Source: an uncultured Clostridia bacterium (GTDB lineage: Bacteria; Bacillota; Clostridia; Oscillospirales; Acutalibacteraceae). From it: a stretch of DNA of 64,000 nt. Under the pieces are notes generated by a model that was not told the origin of the DNA, ran no database searches, and saw nothing but the letters and a program-made list of their open reading frames with translations. The stretch's first letter is position 1. Every line of letters begins with the position of its first letter. The stretch is from the NCBI GenBank assembly GCA_947626485.1, contig CANQSG010000001.1, positions 1,109-65,108 of the forward strand, written 5' to 3'. The position numbers and the translations under genes were made by a program. This document shows positions 6,649 to 15,402 of the stretch, piece after piece.

Positions 6649-9018
6649 TCAATCAAAGCCCTCGAAATCGGAATATCCGCATTGCTCTAAATAATTCAGA
6701 TAGGCGGGATACCCGATATCGCGCAGATCGAAAACATAATGATTCGAGCCCGTTTCCCCGTTCGTTTCCCATTCCATAAAATAGAAATGGCGCATTTCGG
6801 GGCCGACGGGTATCTCCTCGATGCAAACGGCGCTGTCGGCTTTTGCGATCGCCGTTCCGCTCGTTACGACCTTCCCCGCCGTCAGATCCGTGACGGTATA
6901 GCTTACGCTGCGGCTTTCGCCGTATTCGTTGACGGCATAAAGCGACAGCACGCCGTCCTTCGGCTCGTCGAACATCAGGCACACGGGATTTTGCGCGCGC
7001 TTGATATAATGGTACGCCAGCTTTTTCGTGAAATAGTAATCGACGACCGCGTCCGAAAACTGCGGCCAACCGTCGATCAAATTCCACCACAGAATGCCCG
7101 TCGTTTTGCCCTTACGGATTCGGAACCGCTCGATAAAGAACTTCTTCCCCTCGGCCTGCGAGATCTGGCTGGCCTTTGCAAAATCCGCAAGCGTGCACGG
7201 CACAGAGCCGCCGAAGCGATCCGCGACGTGATTGCGCATCATGCGAATTCGGAAGGCGTTATGGCGACAGGTGTTGTGAATTTCGTCCGGGGTCTCCAGC
7301 GTCGTCGCGTGCGCCAGCCACATTCGATTCTCAATGCCCTGCCAGTCTTTATTGTCCGTCGCGGTAAACCGAAAATCGGCCGGGATAAATTTTTCGATCG
7401 ACCGCTCGGACGGGCAGCCGTAATATCCGATCTCCGACGCAAAACGGCAAACCGCCGACGCATAAAACGAGCCCTTAAAGTAATCTCTGGGGCCCCACAA
7501 ATGATCTTCCGGCAGAGGTCTGCCCGCGGCGAAAGCCGCTTCGTCCACATAGGGGGACGAGGGCAGATACGGCCTTGTGCCGTCGTGGATTCGAACCGCG
7601 TCTGCCAAAACCTTCCGCGTGAGGACGTTCTCGTTCGGGTCGGAGCCGATCACCTCTCCCCAGTCGCCCCGGCGGATCAGGTCGTTTTCATTGTCTCCCG
7701 CCCAGAGCACGATCGAGGGGTGCCGGCGGTAATGCTTTACGACCCAGACGGCTTCGGCGTACAATTTGCGCTGGAACTCCGGCTCCTGCGGATAAAGGGC
7801 GCAGGCCATCGCAAAATCCTGCCAGATCATGATCCCGTTTTCGTCGCAGAAGTCATAAACGGCGTCGTTTTCGTACACGTTGCCGCCCCACATGCGGATC
7901 ATATTACAGTGCGTATCCGTCAACATCGGAAGCACGCGGGGGATCCGTTCGGCGTCCCGGGAATGAAGCGCGTCGAGAGGCACCCAATTTGTGCCCATGC
8001 AAAAAATCCGCTTCCCGTTCACGACAAAGCAAAATTCCCCGTCGCCGTTCTCGCTGATGACGGAGCTTCTTTCGAGCTTGACTGTGCGAATTCCGATTCG
8101 CGTCGTATATACGTCCAACGCGACGTCGTCCTTGCGGAGTGTCACGCTTACCCGATACAGATTCGCTTCACCGCTGAACCGCGGCCACCAGAGCTTTGCG
8201 TTGTCGATCGCCATGGTCCAATGGCCGGACGAGTGGCGCAGCGGGGTTTGGTAGGAAAACGCGGAATCGCCGCAGACGGCGTTTAACGTCAGCGTATATT
8301 CCCGGCAATCGTCGCACGACAAAGCGGTATCGTACATAAAATGCAGCTCCGCCGTCTTTTGGGCGGGATCCGCCCGCAGGGTATATCCGAAAAACTCCGT
8401 AATGCGGTCTTTTTTGCGTTCCTTTAAATAGACCGATCTCCAGATCCCCGCCGAGACCAGGCGCGGCATGATATCCCAGGAATACATGTGCGCCGCTTTG
8501 CGGATATGCAACGATTCATAGTTATCCTTGGCGGCGTTTTCCCAAACCGTAGGCGCAAATTTGCGCGCTTCGATGACCGCCGGCTTGATGTGAACGGTCA
8601 GGGTGTTCTCCCCGACGACCAGCGCGTCGCCGATTTCGATCGTGTGCGCGATCAGCATATTGTCGGCGCTGCCTGCAAGCGTCCCGTTCAGGTAGATGTC
8701 CGCGACCGTATCCAGCCCTTCAAAAACAAGCGCGGGATTTTCCGGCGTTCCGTCATACCCAAAGGTCTTGGTATAAAAACAATGCAGGTACTCGCATTCC
8801 CGGTTATAGTGATTGTCGGCAAAAAACGGGTCGTCTATAACGCCCGCCCTTTGCAGGTCGATTTCCAGATTCCCCGGAACCGTCGCGTCTATCTCCGCGT
8901 AACCCCGCTTTTTCAGCGTTTCGATGTCCGCGGTGACGCCGTCTTTTTGCAGCCGCTCGTTTTTGACGTAGATCAGCTTCCAGTCTGCGCCGTCGAGATA
9001 AAAATCGCGCCTATCCAT
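6649..9018 (-). CDS. GH2 glycoside hydrolase, beta-mannosidase / exo-beta-glucosaminidase-like
   Basis: Start MDRRDFYLDG at 9018 overlaps the upstream stop (TAATG). Contains LWAGDNEND (acid/base NE), FASEIGYYG (nucleophile-like SE.G) and WWNLIDGWPQFSDAVVDYY. No signal peptide. Confidence 0.8.
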   Translation of the reverse strand: MDRRDFYLDGADWKLIYVKNERLQKDGVTADIETLKKRGYAEIDATVPGNLEIDLQRAGVIDDPFFADNHYNRECEYLHCFYTKTFGYDGTPENPALVFEGLDTVADIYLNGTLAGSADNMLIAHTIEIGDALVVGENTLTVHIKPAVIEARKFAPTVWENAAKDNYESLHIRKAAHMYSWDIMPRLVSAGIWRSVYLKERKKDRITEFFGYTLRADPAQKTAELHFMYDTALSCDDCREYTLTLNAVCGDSAFSYQTPLRHSSGHWTMAIDNAKLWWPRFSGEANLYRVSVTLRKDDVALDVYTTRIGIRTVKLERSSVISENGDGEFCFVVNGKRIFCMGTNWVPLDALHSRDAERIPRVLPMLTDTHCNMIRMWGGNVYENDAVYDFCDENGIMIWQDFAMACALYPQEPEFQRKLYAEAVWVVKHYRRHPSIVLWAGDNENDLIRRGDWGEVIGSDPNENVLTRKVLADAVRIHDGTRPYLPSSPYVDEAAFAAGRPLPEDHLWGPRDYFKGSFYASAVCRFASEIGYYGCPSERSIEKFIPADFRFTATDNKDWQGIENRMWLAHATTLETPDEIHNTCRHNAFRIRMMRNHVADRFGGSVPCTLADFAKASQISQAEGKKFFIERFRIRKGKTTGILWWNLIDGWPQFSDAVVDYYFTKKLAYHYIKRAQNPVCLMFDEPKDGVLSLYAVNEYGESRSVSYTVTDLTAGKVVTSGTAIAKADSAVCIEEIPVGPEMRHFYFMEWETNGETGSNHYVFDLRDIGYPAYLNYLEQCGYSDFEGFD

Positions 9019-9782
9019 TATAAACCCTTCTGCATCGACCGCACCCGATCCGCGCTTCTTGCGGGCGAAATTGCGTTTATGATTTCGATATTTGTAAGAT
9101 ACGCGACCTCGTCGTGGTGGGCGAGGCTTGCGCACAGGCGATCGAATTTTTCAAAATCCGCGTCGCTTGTCAATTCATAGCTGTGACCCCAAATATAAAA
9201 GACGGCGGTTTCTTCCGTTTCCGAAAACTGCCGGAACAGCGCTTCGACGTGATCGTCCAGAAAATGACAGGTCGGATCCCACAGCAGGAGGTTTTCGGGC
9301 AAGTCAAAGCGGTTTGTCTCGTGAATGGTTCGCGCGTATCGGAAGCCGCTTTCCTTTAAAATCCCGATCATATCGTCGTTATAGGTGCCCATCGGATAGG
9401 CGAAGCCCTGCACCTTTCTGCCGTAGATACATTCCAATATTTTTTTGTCGAGCTTGACCTGATTCGCGATGTCGTTATGCGAATAATCCAGCATGTCGGG
9501 ATAGGGATGCGTGTACGAATGCGACGCGATCTCGTGGCCGTCATACAAGTTGACGGAATCCAAATAATTGATATGGCGAACGCATTTTTCCCGATAAAAC
9601 CAAAACGCCGTTTGCGTCAGCAAGCCCGAATTCAGATTAAAGGTGCCCTTCAGACCGTATTTGTTCAGGATTTCAATGACGCGAACGTCCTCTAACACAC
9701 CGTCGTCAAAGCTAAAGGTCAAAGCCTTGCGCTTTCCGCCGAAAATTCCGTTTTCCATTTCAGACACACTCCGTCTCCTCAT
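9018..9782 (-). CDS. CE4 polysaccharide deacetylase (cytoplasmic)
   Basis: Contains ALTFSFDDG, HSYTHP and GFAYPMG, the NodB-type motifs. An alternative start MENGIF lies at 9758. Paralog of 40166-41011, but about 45 aa shorter at the C-terminus. Confidence 0.8.
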   Translation of the reverse strand: MRRRSVSEMENGIFGGKRKALTFSFDDGVLEDVRVIEILNKYGLKGTFNLNSGLLTQTAFWFYREKCVRHINYLDSVNLYDGHEIASHSYTHPYPDMLDYSHNDIANQVKLDKKILECIYGRKVQGFAYPMGTYNDDMIGILKESGFRYARTIHETNRFDLPENLLLWDPTCHFLDDHVEALFRQFSETEETAVFYIWGHSYELTSDADFEKFDRLCASLAHHDEVAYLTNIEIINAISPARSADRVRSMQKGL

Positions 9783-10786
9783 TCCCGGGAAATGACGTTT
9801 CCTGTGAGATACGCTTTATATTGCGTGTTGTTGACAAGCTCCTCTTGCACGATCAGGTTCTGCAAAACGCCCCGCCCGCCCGGCTTTTCATATCGCAGCA
9901 CGGCGTTTTCGGTCGTCGCGTCCAAAAAGCCCACGTTAAAATCGGTCACGATCGAATCAAAGGCGTCGTCCGAATAAAACGCGGTCTTTTTGCCGCCGTT
10001 CGAAGAATACCAAAACGCAAAGCAGCTGTTGTAAACGCTTCTCGCGCGGCAGCTGTTCCGAAAGCCGACGCAAAACTCGTCGGAATAGCACATATTGTAC
10101 CAGTTGCTTCCGACCGCGTCGAAAAAGCCGCAGCTGTTTTCGTAATCCGTCCAGTCCAACGTATAAAGCGGGTGGACGTTGCGCAGGAAATTGCCCGCCG
10201 CGTATAGCTTTACCCCCGTAGCAACGTTTGCAATCCGCAGATTGGTGAGCGTATTATCAAAGCCTTCGATCAGGACGCCGATCGAATCTTTTTCGCCGTT
10301 GCCGACGATATTCACGTTCAAAATATCGGAATCGGACGACCGGTTGTTTGCGCCGACCTTGATGCGAATTCCGATTTTTGTGTGCTTGAGATTGACGTCG
10401 CAAATTCGCGTTTCCCGCCCGGAATCGACGGAGATACCGGACGCCCGGCCGTTTCCGTCGATCACGCCGCCGGTCAGGCCGTAATTGCTGCCGTTGACGG
10501 TGATCGTGTTCGCCGGGTCTTTTCCGCCGAGCCGAACCATCGCCTCGCCGTCGCTCCAATCTTCGGTCGCTTTGAGAACGGCGAAGTTGGAAAGCCGCAA
10601 ATCCACGCGTTTCCGGGGGTCGGCGGGCGTTAAGATCGGTTTGGAGATCCGATATTCCCCGTCGGGGAAAAAGAGGGTTCGGTTCGGATTTTCGTCGATC
10701 AGCGTTTGAATCGCATCCGAAAGGTCATCGCTCCCGCTGCCGGGGGCAACGATCACATACCCCCGCCGTTCCTGCGCCTGCTTCAT
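9779..10786 (-). CDS. Right-handed beta-helix protein (pectate-lyase-3 / GH28-related superfamily)
   Basis: The N-terminal SDDLSDAIQTLIDE....TLFFPDGEYRI pattern is typical of this superfamily. Repetitive G/N/V-rich coils follow. ATG at 10786 has a GAAGGGA RBS. Confidence 0.7.
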   Translation of the reverse strand: MKQAQERRGYVIVAPGSGSDDLSDAIQTLIDENPNRTLFFPDGEYRISKPILTPADPRKRVDLRLSNFAVLKATEDWSDGEAMVRLGGKDPANTITVNGSNYGLTGGVIDGNGRASGISVDSGRETRICDVNLKHTKIGIRIKVGANNRSSDSDILNVNIVGNGEKDSIGVLIEGFDNTLTNLRIANVATGVKLYAAGNFLRNVHPLYTLDWTDYENSCGFFDAVGSNWYNMCYSDEFCVGFRNSCRARSVYNSCFAFWYSSNGGKKTAFYSDDAFDSIVTDFNVGFLDATTENAVLRYEKPGGRGVLQNLIVQEELVNNTQYKAYLTGNVISRE

Positions 10787-13133
10787 CGGTATCCCTTCCC
10801 GTTCGTTTCAGAGGTTCCTTGTTTTCGAGCTTTAAAAAGGCGGTTTTCAGGCCGGGCGCGCTTGCGTACACGGTCGCCGTGCCGACGTCGGGCTCCAGCC
10901 TTACAAGCACGGCGCATTTCCCCGCGCGCATTTGCCTGTCCGGGCAGGCGGGCGGCGTGTGGTCGGCGACGTCGGAACCGGTGGCGACGATCGTCCCGCC
11001 GTCGCAGTCGAAGGAAATTTTGCACGCGGCGTCGGGCACCTCCCTGCCGCGCTCGTCCACGCAGCTGCAACCAAGCAGCGCGTAACCGTCCGCCGCGGGC
11101 TCCATCTGGCAGGCAAGCCGCAGCGCCGAAGCCGCGCCGGACGTTTCGCGCGTGTCGCTTGCGACCTCTACGCCGTTTTGATAGCCCTTTACGGTAAGTC
11201 GACCCGCCTGATAGGCGACCCGCCACTCCGCATGGCCGTATTGCTCTACCGCAACGCGGCCGATCAGCGCATCGTTCAGATACAGCGCGGCTTCGTCGCA
11301 GTTTGTATAGGCGCGGACGTAAATCGGCTCGCCCTCTCTGCCGGTATGGTTCCAATGCGGCAGCAGATAGATCATCGGGGCGTCCGTCCAATTCGCCCTG
11401 TTTTGATAAAAGGCCGCTTTGCGCTGCAAATACAGGTCGACCGCGCCGGTCTGCGCGCAGACGCGCGGCCAGACCGATTCGCCGCGATATTCGATCCCCG
11501 TCCATTGAAACGCGCCGCATATCCAGGGGCGCGCGGCGACATGCTTCCACGTTTCCTCGATGCTTCGGGACCATTCGAATTCGCGGTCTTTATCGAACTC
11601 GTTGATATAGCCGCGTTTCGGGCAATCCGCAAGATACCAGCCTCTCGTGGAGCCCGTCGAGCAGCATTCCGAGACAAAAAACGGCATCTGCGGATATTTT
11701 TGATGTAAGGCGTCGTGCTTTTCCAGGCTGTAATTGATGCCGATCAAATCCAGCTGCGCATAAACCATCGTGTGCAGGGGGTCGTGAGAGACGCCCATGG
11801 TGACGGGACGCGATTTGTCCAGGCGCCGGATCGCCGCTCTCATTTTGCCGGCGATCTTCTGCCCGCGCTTTTCCAGCGTGATAAATTCCTCGTTCCCCAT
11901 CGACCACATGATGACGGAAGGCCGGTTGCGATCCCGTTTGATCAGCCATTCGAGCGACCGAATATTTTCGTCGTTTGCAATAAACCACCGGATTTCATCC
12001 ATGACGAGGAAGCCGAGCTCGTCCAGGGCGTCCATCGTAGCGGTGTCGTGCGGATAATGCACGGTTCGAAAGCCGTTTGCGCCCATTTCCTTCATCATTT
12101 CGAGCTTGTATCTTTGAATGCTTTCCGGCACGGCGACGCCGGTCAGGCCGAAATCCTGATGATTGCAGACGCCTTTGACTTTTATGCTGCGCCCGTTTAA
12201 GAACAGCCCCTTTTCGCTGTCAAAGCGAACCTCCCGGAAGCCGAAGCGGGTGACCGATTCGTCCGTCTGCCGCCCGTCCGCATAAATGCGGGTCACCGCC
12301 CTGTGCAGAAAGGGGTCGTCGACGTCCCAAAGGCGGGGATTTTCGACCGAAACGTGAGCGTTCACCGTCGTTTTGGAGTAGGGCTCGATTTCGGCGTGAT
12401 TTTCCAAGGTGGCAATTACGCGATCGTCTTCCCCGAGGATTTCCGTTTGCACCAAAACGGCGGCGGCTTTTTCGCCGTCGTTCCGCAGGGTCGTCTCAAC
12501 CGGCACGTCCCAGGTCTCTCCGCCGCGCTTTTGCGGGCACAAATAGACGCCGAAGCGGTCGATCGAGACCTTTTCGCTGATCTCCAGCCAAACGTCCCGG
12601 TAAATTCCGCAGCCGGGATACCACCAGCCCTCGTGCTTTTCGGTGTTTACGTATACGGCGATCAGATTTTCCTTTTCGGGATAGACGTAATCGGAAATAT
12701 CGAGCTCAAAGGAAGCGTGCCCGTCGAAGCTTCTGCCCGCCAGGCAGCCGTTTACATAGACGGTCGCGCAGCCGATAATACCCTCGAAATAAAGCGTGAC
12801 CCGTTTTTCACATTCCCCTTCGCGAAGGGTAAAGCGTTTGCGATACCATGCGTTTTGGGGTGCAAGAAAGCCGAAGGCCTCGTTGTTGTTCCTGTCCGGA
12901 ACCTGCGAGATCATGTAATCGTGCGGCAGATCCACCACTTCCCACGTGCCCAGCACGCACTCGGTGTTCGGGCCGTAAGAATTCGATTCCTCCTGAAACG
13001 ACTCGGCGGACGGACCCCACACCTGCGAGCGGGTCTTCGCCGCAGAAACGATGGGTTCTTTTTTGGTCGGCAACGGGATTTTTATGTCCCCCAGATGAAA
13101 TCTCCAACCATCGTTCAGTTTGTATTTTACCAT
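10725..13133 (-). CDS. GH2 glycoside hydrolase (beta-galactosidase/beta-glucuronidase-like)
   Basis: 802 aa with GFNAW-type sugar-binding N-terminus, IMWSMGNEE (acid/base) and FFVSECC. No signal peptide. Confidence 0.85.
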   Translation of the reverse strand: MVKYKLNDGWRFHLGDIKIPLPTKKEPIVSAAKTRSQVWGPSAESFQEESNSYGPNTECVLGTWEVVDLPHDYMISQVPDRNNNEAFGFLAPQNAWYRKRFTLREGECEKRVTLYFEGIIGCATVYVNGCLAGRSFDGHASFELDISDYVYPEKENLIAVYVNTEKHEGWWYPGCGIYRDVWLEISEKVSIDRFGVYLCPQKRGGETWDVPVETTLRNDGEKAAAVLVQTEILGEDDRVIATLENHAEIEPYSKTTVNAHVSVENPRLWDVDDPFLHRAVTRIYADGRQTDESVTRFGFREVRFDSEKGLFLNGRSIKVKGVCNHQDFGLTGVAVPESIQRYKLEMMKEMGANGFRTVHYPHDTATMDALDELGFLVMDEIRWFIANDENIRSLEWLIKRDRNRPSVIMWSMGNEEFITLEKRGQKIAGKMRAAIRRLDKSRPVTMGVSHDPLHTMVYAQLDLIGINYSLEKHDALHQKYPQMPFFVSECCSTGSTRGWYLADCPKRGYINEFDKDREFEWSRSIEETWKHVAARPWICGAFQWTGIEYRGESVWPRVCAQTGAVDLYLQRKAAFYQNRANWTDAPMIYLLPHWNHTGREGEPIYVRAYTNCDEAALYLNDALIGRVAVEQYGHAEWRVAYQAGRLTVKGYQNGVEVASDTRETSGAASALRLACQMEPAADGYALLGCSCVDERGREVPDAACKISFDCDGGTIVATGSDVADHTPPACPDRQMRAGKCAVLVRLEPDVGTATVYASAPGLKTAFLKLENKEPLKRTGRDTDEAGAGTAGVCDRCPRQRER

Positions 13134-13171
13134 GTATGATTCCCCTATTGAAGCGCAAGCGCGCCTGGCTT

Positions 13172-14059
13172 TCAGGTATAAGATTTATATTTCTCCCGGA
13201 AATCGCCGGGCGTTAAACCGCTCTTTTTATGAAAGATCCTGTAAAAATAGAGCGTGTCCTCATATCCGACCATCTGCGCAATTTCCTTGGTCGACAGATC
13301 CGTCGTGAGCAAAAGGCTTTTCGCCATCTCGATGCGGACGTTCTGCCGGAAGGCAAACGGCGACGAGCCGGTTCGCTCCTTAAAAACGGTGATAAAGTGC
13401 GAGGTGCTTAAGTTGCACATTTTCGCGTAATCGCTGTTTGTATAGTTGGTGCGCAGATCGGTGTACATCGAACTGATTACGTTATCGAGAATTTTCATTC
13501 GCGTATGATCCCGTTTTCTTGTTTGCGAATGGGACAGGCGCGACAGGTGAGTCAGAAGCTGCATGAGCAGCCCCGAGCACATCTTCTCGTAATTTGCTTC
13601 CCGGATCCTGCTTTCCTGAAAAATTTCCATGAAATATTCTTCGGCTTTCGAGTCGATGCCGACCGTATAGATCGGTTCGTTCCACAAATCGAGCCGCTTT
13701 AAAAATTCCACGGCGCCCGTCCCCGTGAAGTGCATCCAGTATACCTTCGCGTTCTTTTGCGCGTGCACGATAAAATGGTGCGGCTCTCCCGGCTTGATGA
13801 TCGCGATTTGTCCGGGGATCAGGGTGTATTCCTTCCCGCTGAAATAAAAGGTGGTGTCGCCGACCGTTGCGTAAAATATCTCAAAATCCGTTCGCGCGGG
13901 CCGCATGCAGTCCACGCTGTTTTTTCTGGCTTCGGTATATCCGCATTCGTTTACGTACATGTATTCGTCGGTCGGAACGTCGCTTGAGGAATACCCTTCC
14001 GGGAAGACGTACGACGCGCAGATCACACCCTCGTACCTCGGGGTAAAATCGTCCTTCAT
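13172..14059 (-). CDS. AraC-family transcriptional regulator (cupin sensor + HTH)
   Basis: True start is MKDDFTPRYEG at 14059 (GGAGGG RBS). The C-terminal part (YAKMCNLSTSHFITVFKERTGSSPFAFRQNVRIEMAKSLL) is an AraC HTH. Confidence 0.85.
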   Translation of the reverse strand: MKDDFTPRYEGVICASYVFPEGYSSSDVPTDEYMYVNECGYTEARKNSVDCMRPARTDFEIFYATVGDTTFYFSGKEYTLIPGQIAIIKPGEPHHFIVHAQKNAKVYWMHFTGTGAVEFLKRLDLWNEPIYTVGIDSKAEEYFMEIFQESRIREANYEKMCSGLLMQLLTHLSRLSHSQTRKRDHTRMKILDNVISSMYTDLRTNYTNSDYAKMCNLSTSHFITVFKERTGSSPFAFRQNVRIEMAKSLLLTTDLSTKEIAQMVGYEDTLYFYRIFHKKSGLTPGDFREKYKSYT

Positions 14060-14100
14060 TCTCTTACCCTCCGTTCGGAATCGGTTCGGCTCATCCGTTC

Positions 14101-14136
14101 GATGTGGGATAAACCGTTTCCGATTTATCCCACATC
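14101..14136. promoter_or_regulatory. Perfect 13-bp inverted repeat (GATGTGGGATAAA-10 nt-TTTATCCCACATC) between the GH5 stop and the AraC start
   Basis: Read directly. There is no convincing U-tract on either strand, so it is an operator or RNA stem-loop candidate rather than a classical terminator. Confidence 0.4.
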
Positions 14137-14148
14137 TTGTGCTGCGGA

Positions 14149-15402
14149 TTATTTCGTCAGGGCGTCGACAACGCCGTCGGCCGTCCATTCGTCCTTCTCG
14201 ATGTTGTAAATGCCGAAGCCCGTGCTGAACTCGAACCAGCACCAGCCCACCTTGTATTTCTCGGAAAGCTCGTTGATCAGCTCGGCATATTTCCGGCGAT
14301 CCTGCGCGTCGGCCTTGTTGGTGACGCCGAATTCGCCGATCCAGACGGGGCGCCCCGTCCTCTCCTGAAATGCGGCGATTTGTGCGAATTCTGCTTCCAG
14401 CTCGGCGCGCACGTCATCGTCGTAGGGGCGGGTCTTTGAAAATTCGTCGCTCAGCCAATCGGTGCCCTGATGGGTAAACGTATAGGGCTCATAGGTGTGC
14501 ACCGACAGAATAATGTTGTCGTCGTCGGGCAGCGTCGTTTCGTTCAACATGGACACGGCGTTGTTGAGCTTCGTCGCGTGCACGATCAGCCGGTTCGGGT
14601 TGGTCTTGCGGATGATTTCGATCGCCTCTTCCTGCAAGATCATGCTTCTCGTGGGGTTGATCGGGTCGGGCGCGTTCCGCACGGTGTTGGGGTTGCCCGG
14701 CTCGTTGATCAGCTCAAACACAAGCCCCGACGGATAGCTTTGATAATGCACCGACAGCTGTTCCCAGATTTTAAGATACTTTTCCCGGTTGACCGTGTAA
14801 TTCTTTTGCAGCACGCCGAAATGGTGGAAGTCGAGCACGATCTTGAGCCCCGCGCTCAGCGCGGTATTGATGATCGTATCGATCATTCGCAGGGCTTCCT
14901 CGTCGATCGGATAATTCGGCGCGTCGTTCAGATTCGTATAGTCGAAAAAGTCGACCGGCAGCCGGACGTGATCGAAGCCCTTTTCCCGCAGCGCGTCATA
15001 ATACTTCGATTGAAAGATCCAGTGATCGTAACCGACGTTGTTGTGCATCTCAAACAGTGAGAAATTGACGCCCTGCTTCAGGGGATTTTTCTCGGCGTCA
15101 TACGGCGCGTCCTCTACGGTGGTGATTACTTTTTCTTCGGTTACCGTCGTCGAGCCCGCGGTTCCGTTCCCGGCGGAATTGCTCTCCGGCGCGGGGGCGA
15201 AAGCGGCGTCGTCGTCCGAGGACGTCGGTTCGAAAGAATCGTCGTCGAGCGGCTCCGAACCGGTCGGCGTCTGCGACGAGGAGACGTCGGAGGAATTGTC
15301 AACCGGGGTTTCCTGCGCGGGTCTGCCGCAGCCGACGAAGGAGAGCAGCATCGCCGCCGCAAGCAGCAGCGCGCAAATTTTAAGCAGCCGGTTCTTGTTC
15401 AT
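14149..15402 (-). CDS. GH5 glycoside hydrolase lipoprotein
   Basis: Start MNKNRLLKICALLLAAAMLLSFVGC (lipobox) at 15402 overlaps the upstream stop (TAATG). Contains FELINEPG (acid/base) and VWIGEFG (nucleophile), plus a Ser/Asp-rich linker. Confidence 0.9.
   Translation of the reverse strand: MNKNRLLKICALLLAAAMLLSFVGCGRPAQETPVDNSSDVSSSQTPTGSEPLDDDSFEPTSSDDDAAFAPAPESNSAGNGTAGSTTVTEEKVITTVEDAPYDAEKNPLKQGVNFSLFEMHNNVGYDHWIFQSKYYDALREKGFDHVRLPVDFFDYTNLNDAPNYPIDEEALRMIDTIINTALSAGLKIVLDFHHFGVLQKNYTVNREKYLKIWEQLSVHYQSYPSGLVFELINEPGNPNTVRNAPDPINPTRSMILQEEAIEIIRKTNPNRLIVHATKLNNAVSMLNETTLPDDDNIILSVHTYEPYTFTHQGTDWLSDEFSKTRPYDDDVRAELEAEFAQIAAFQERTGRPVWIGEFGVTNKADAQDRRKYAELINELSEKYKVGWCWFEFSTGFGIYNIEKDEWTADGVVDALTK

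Noticed and set aside
9018-9100. Possible frameshift truncating the first CE4 relative to its paralog
   Set aside because: None of the other frames restores similarity to the paralog's C-terminal ~45 residues. The shorter protein simply ends at the TAATG junction with the GH2 gene.
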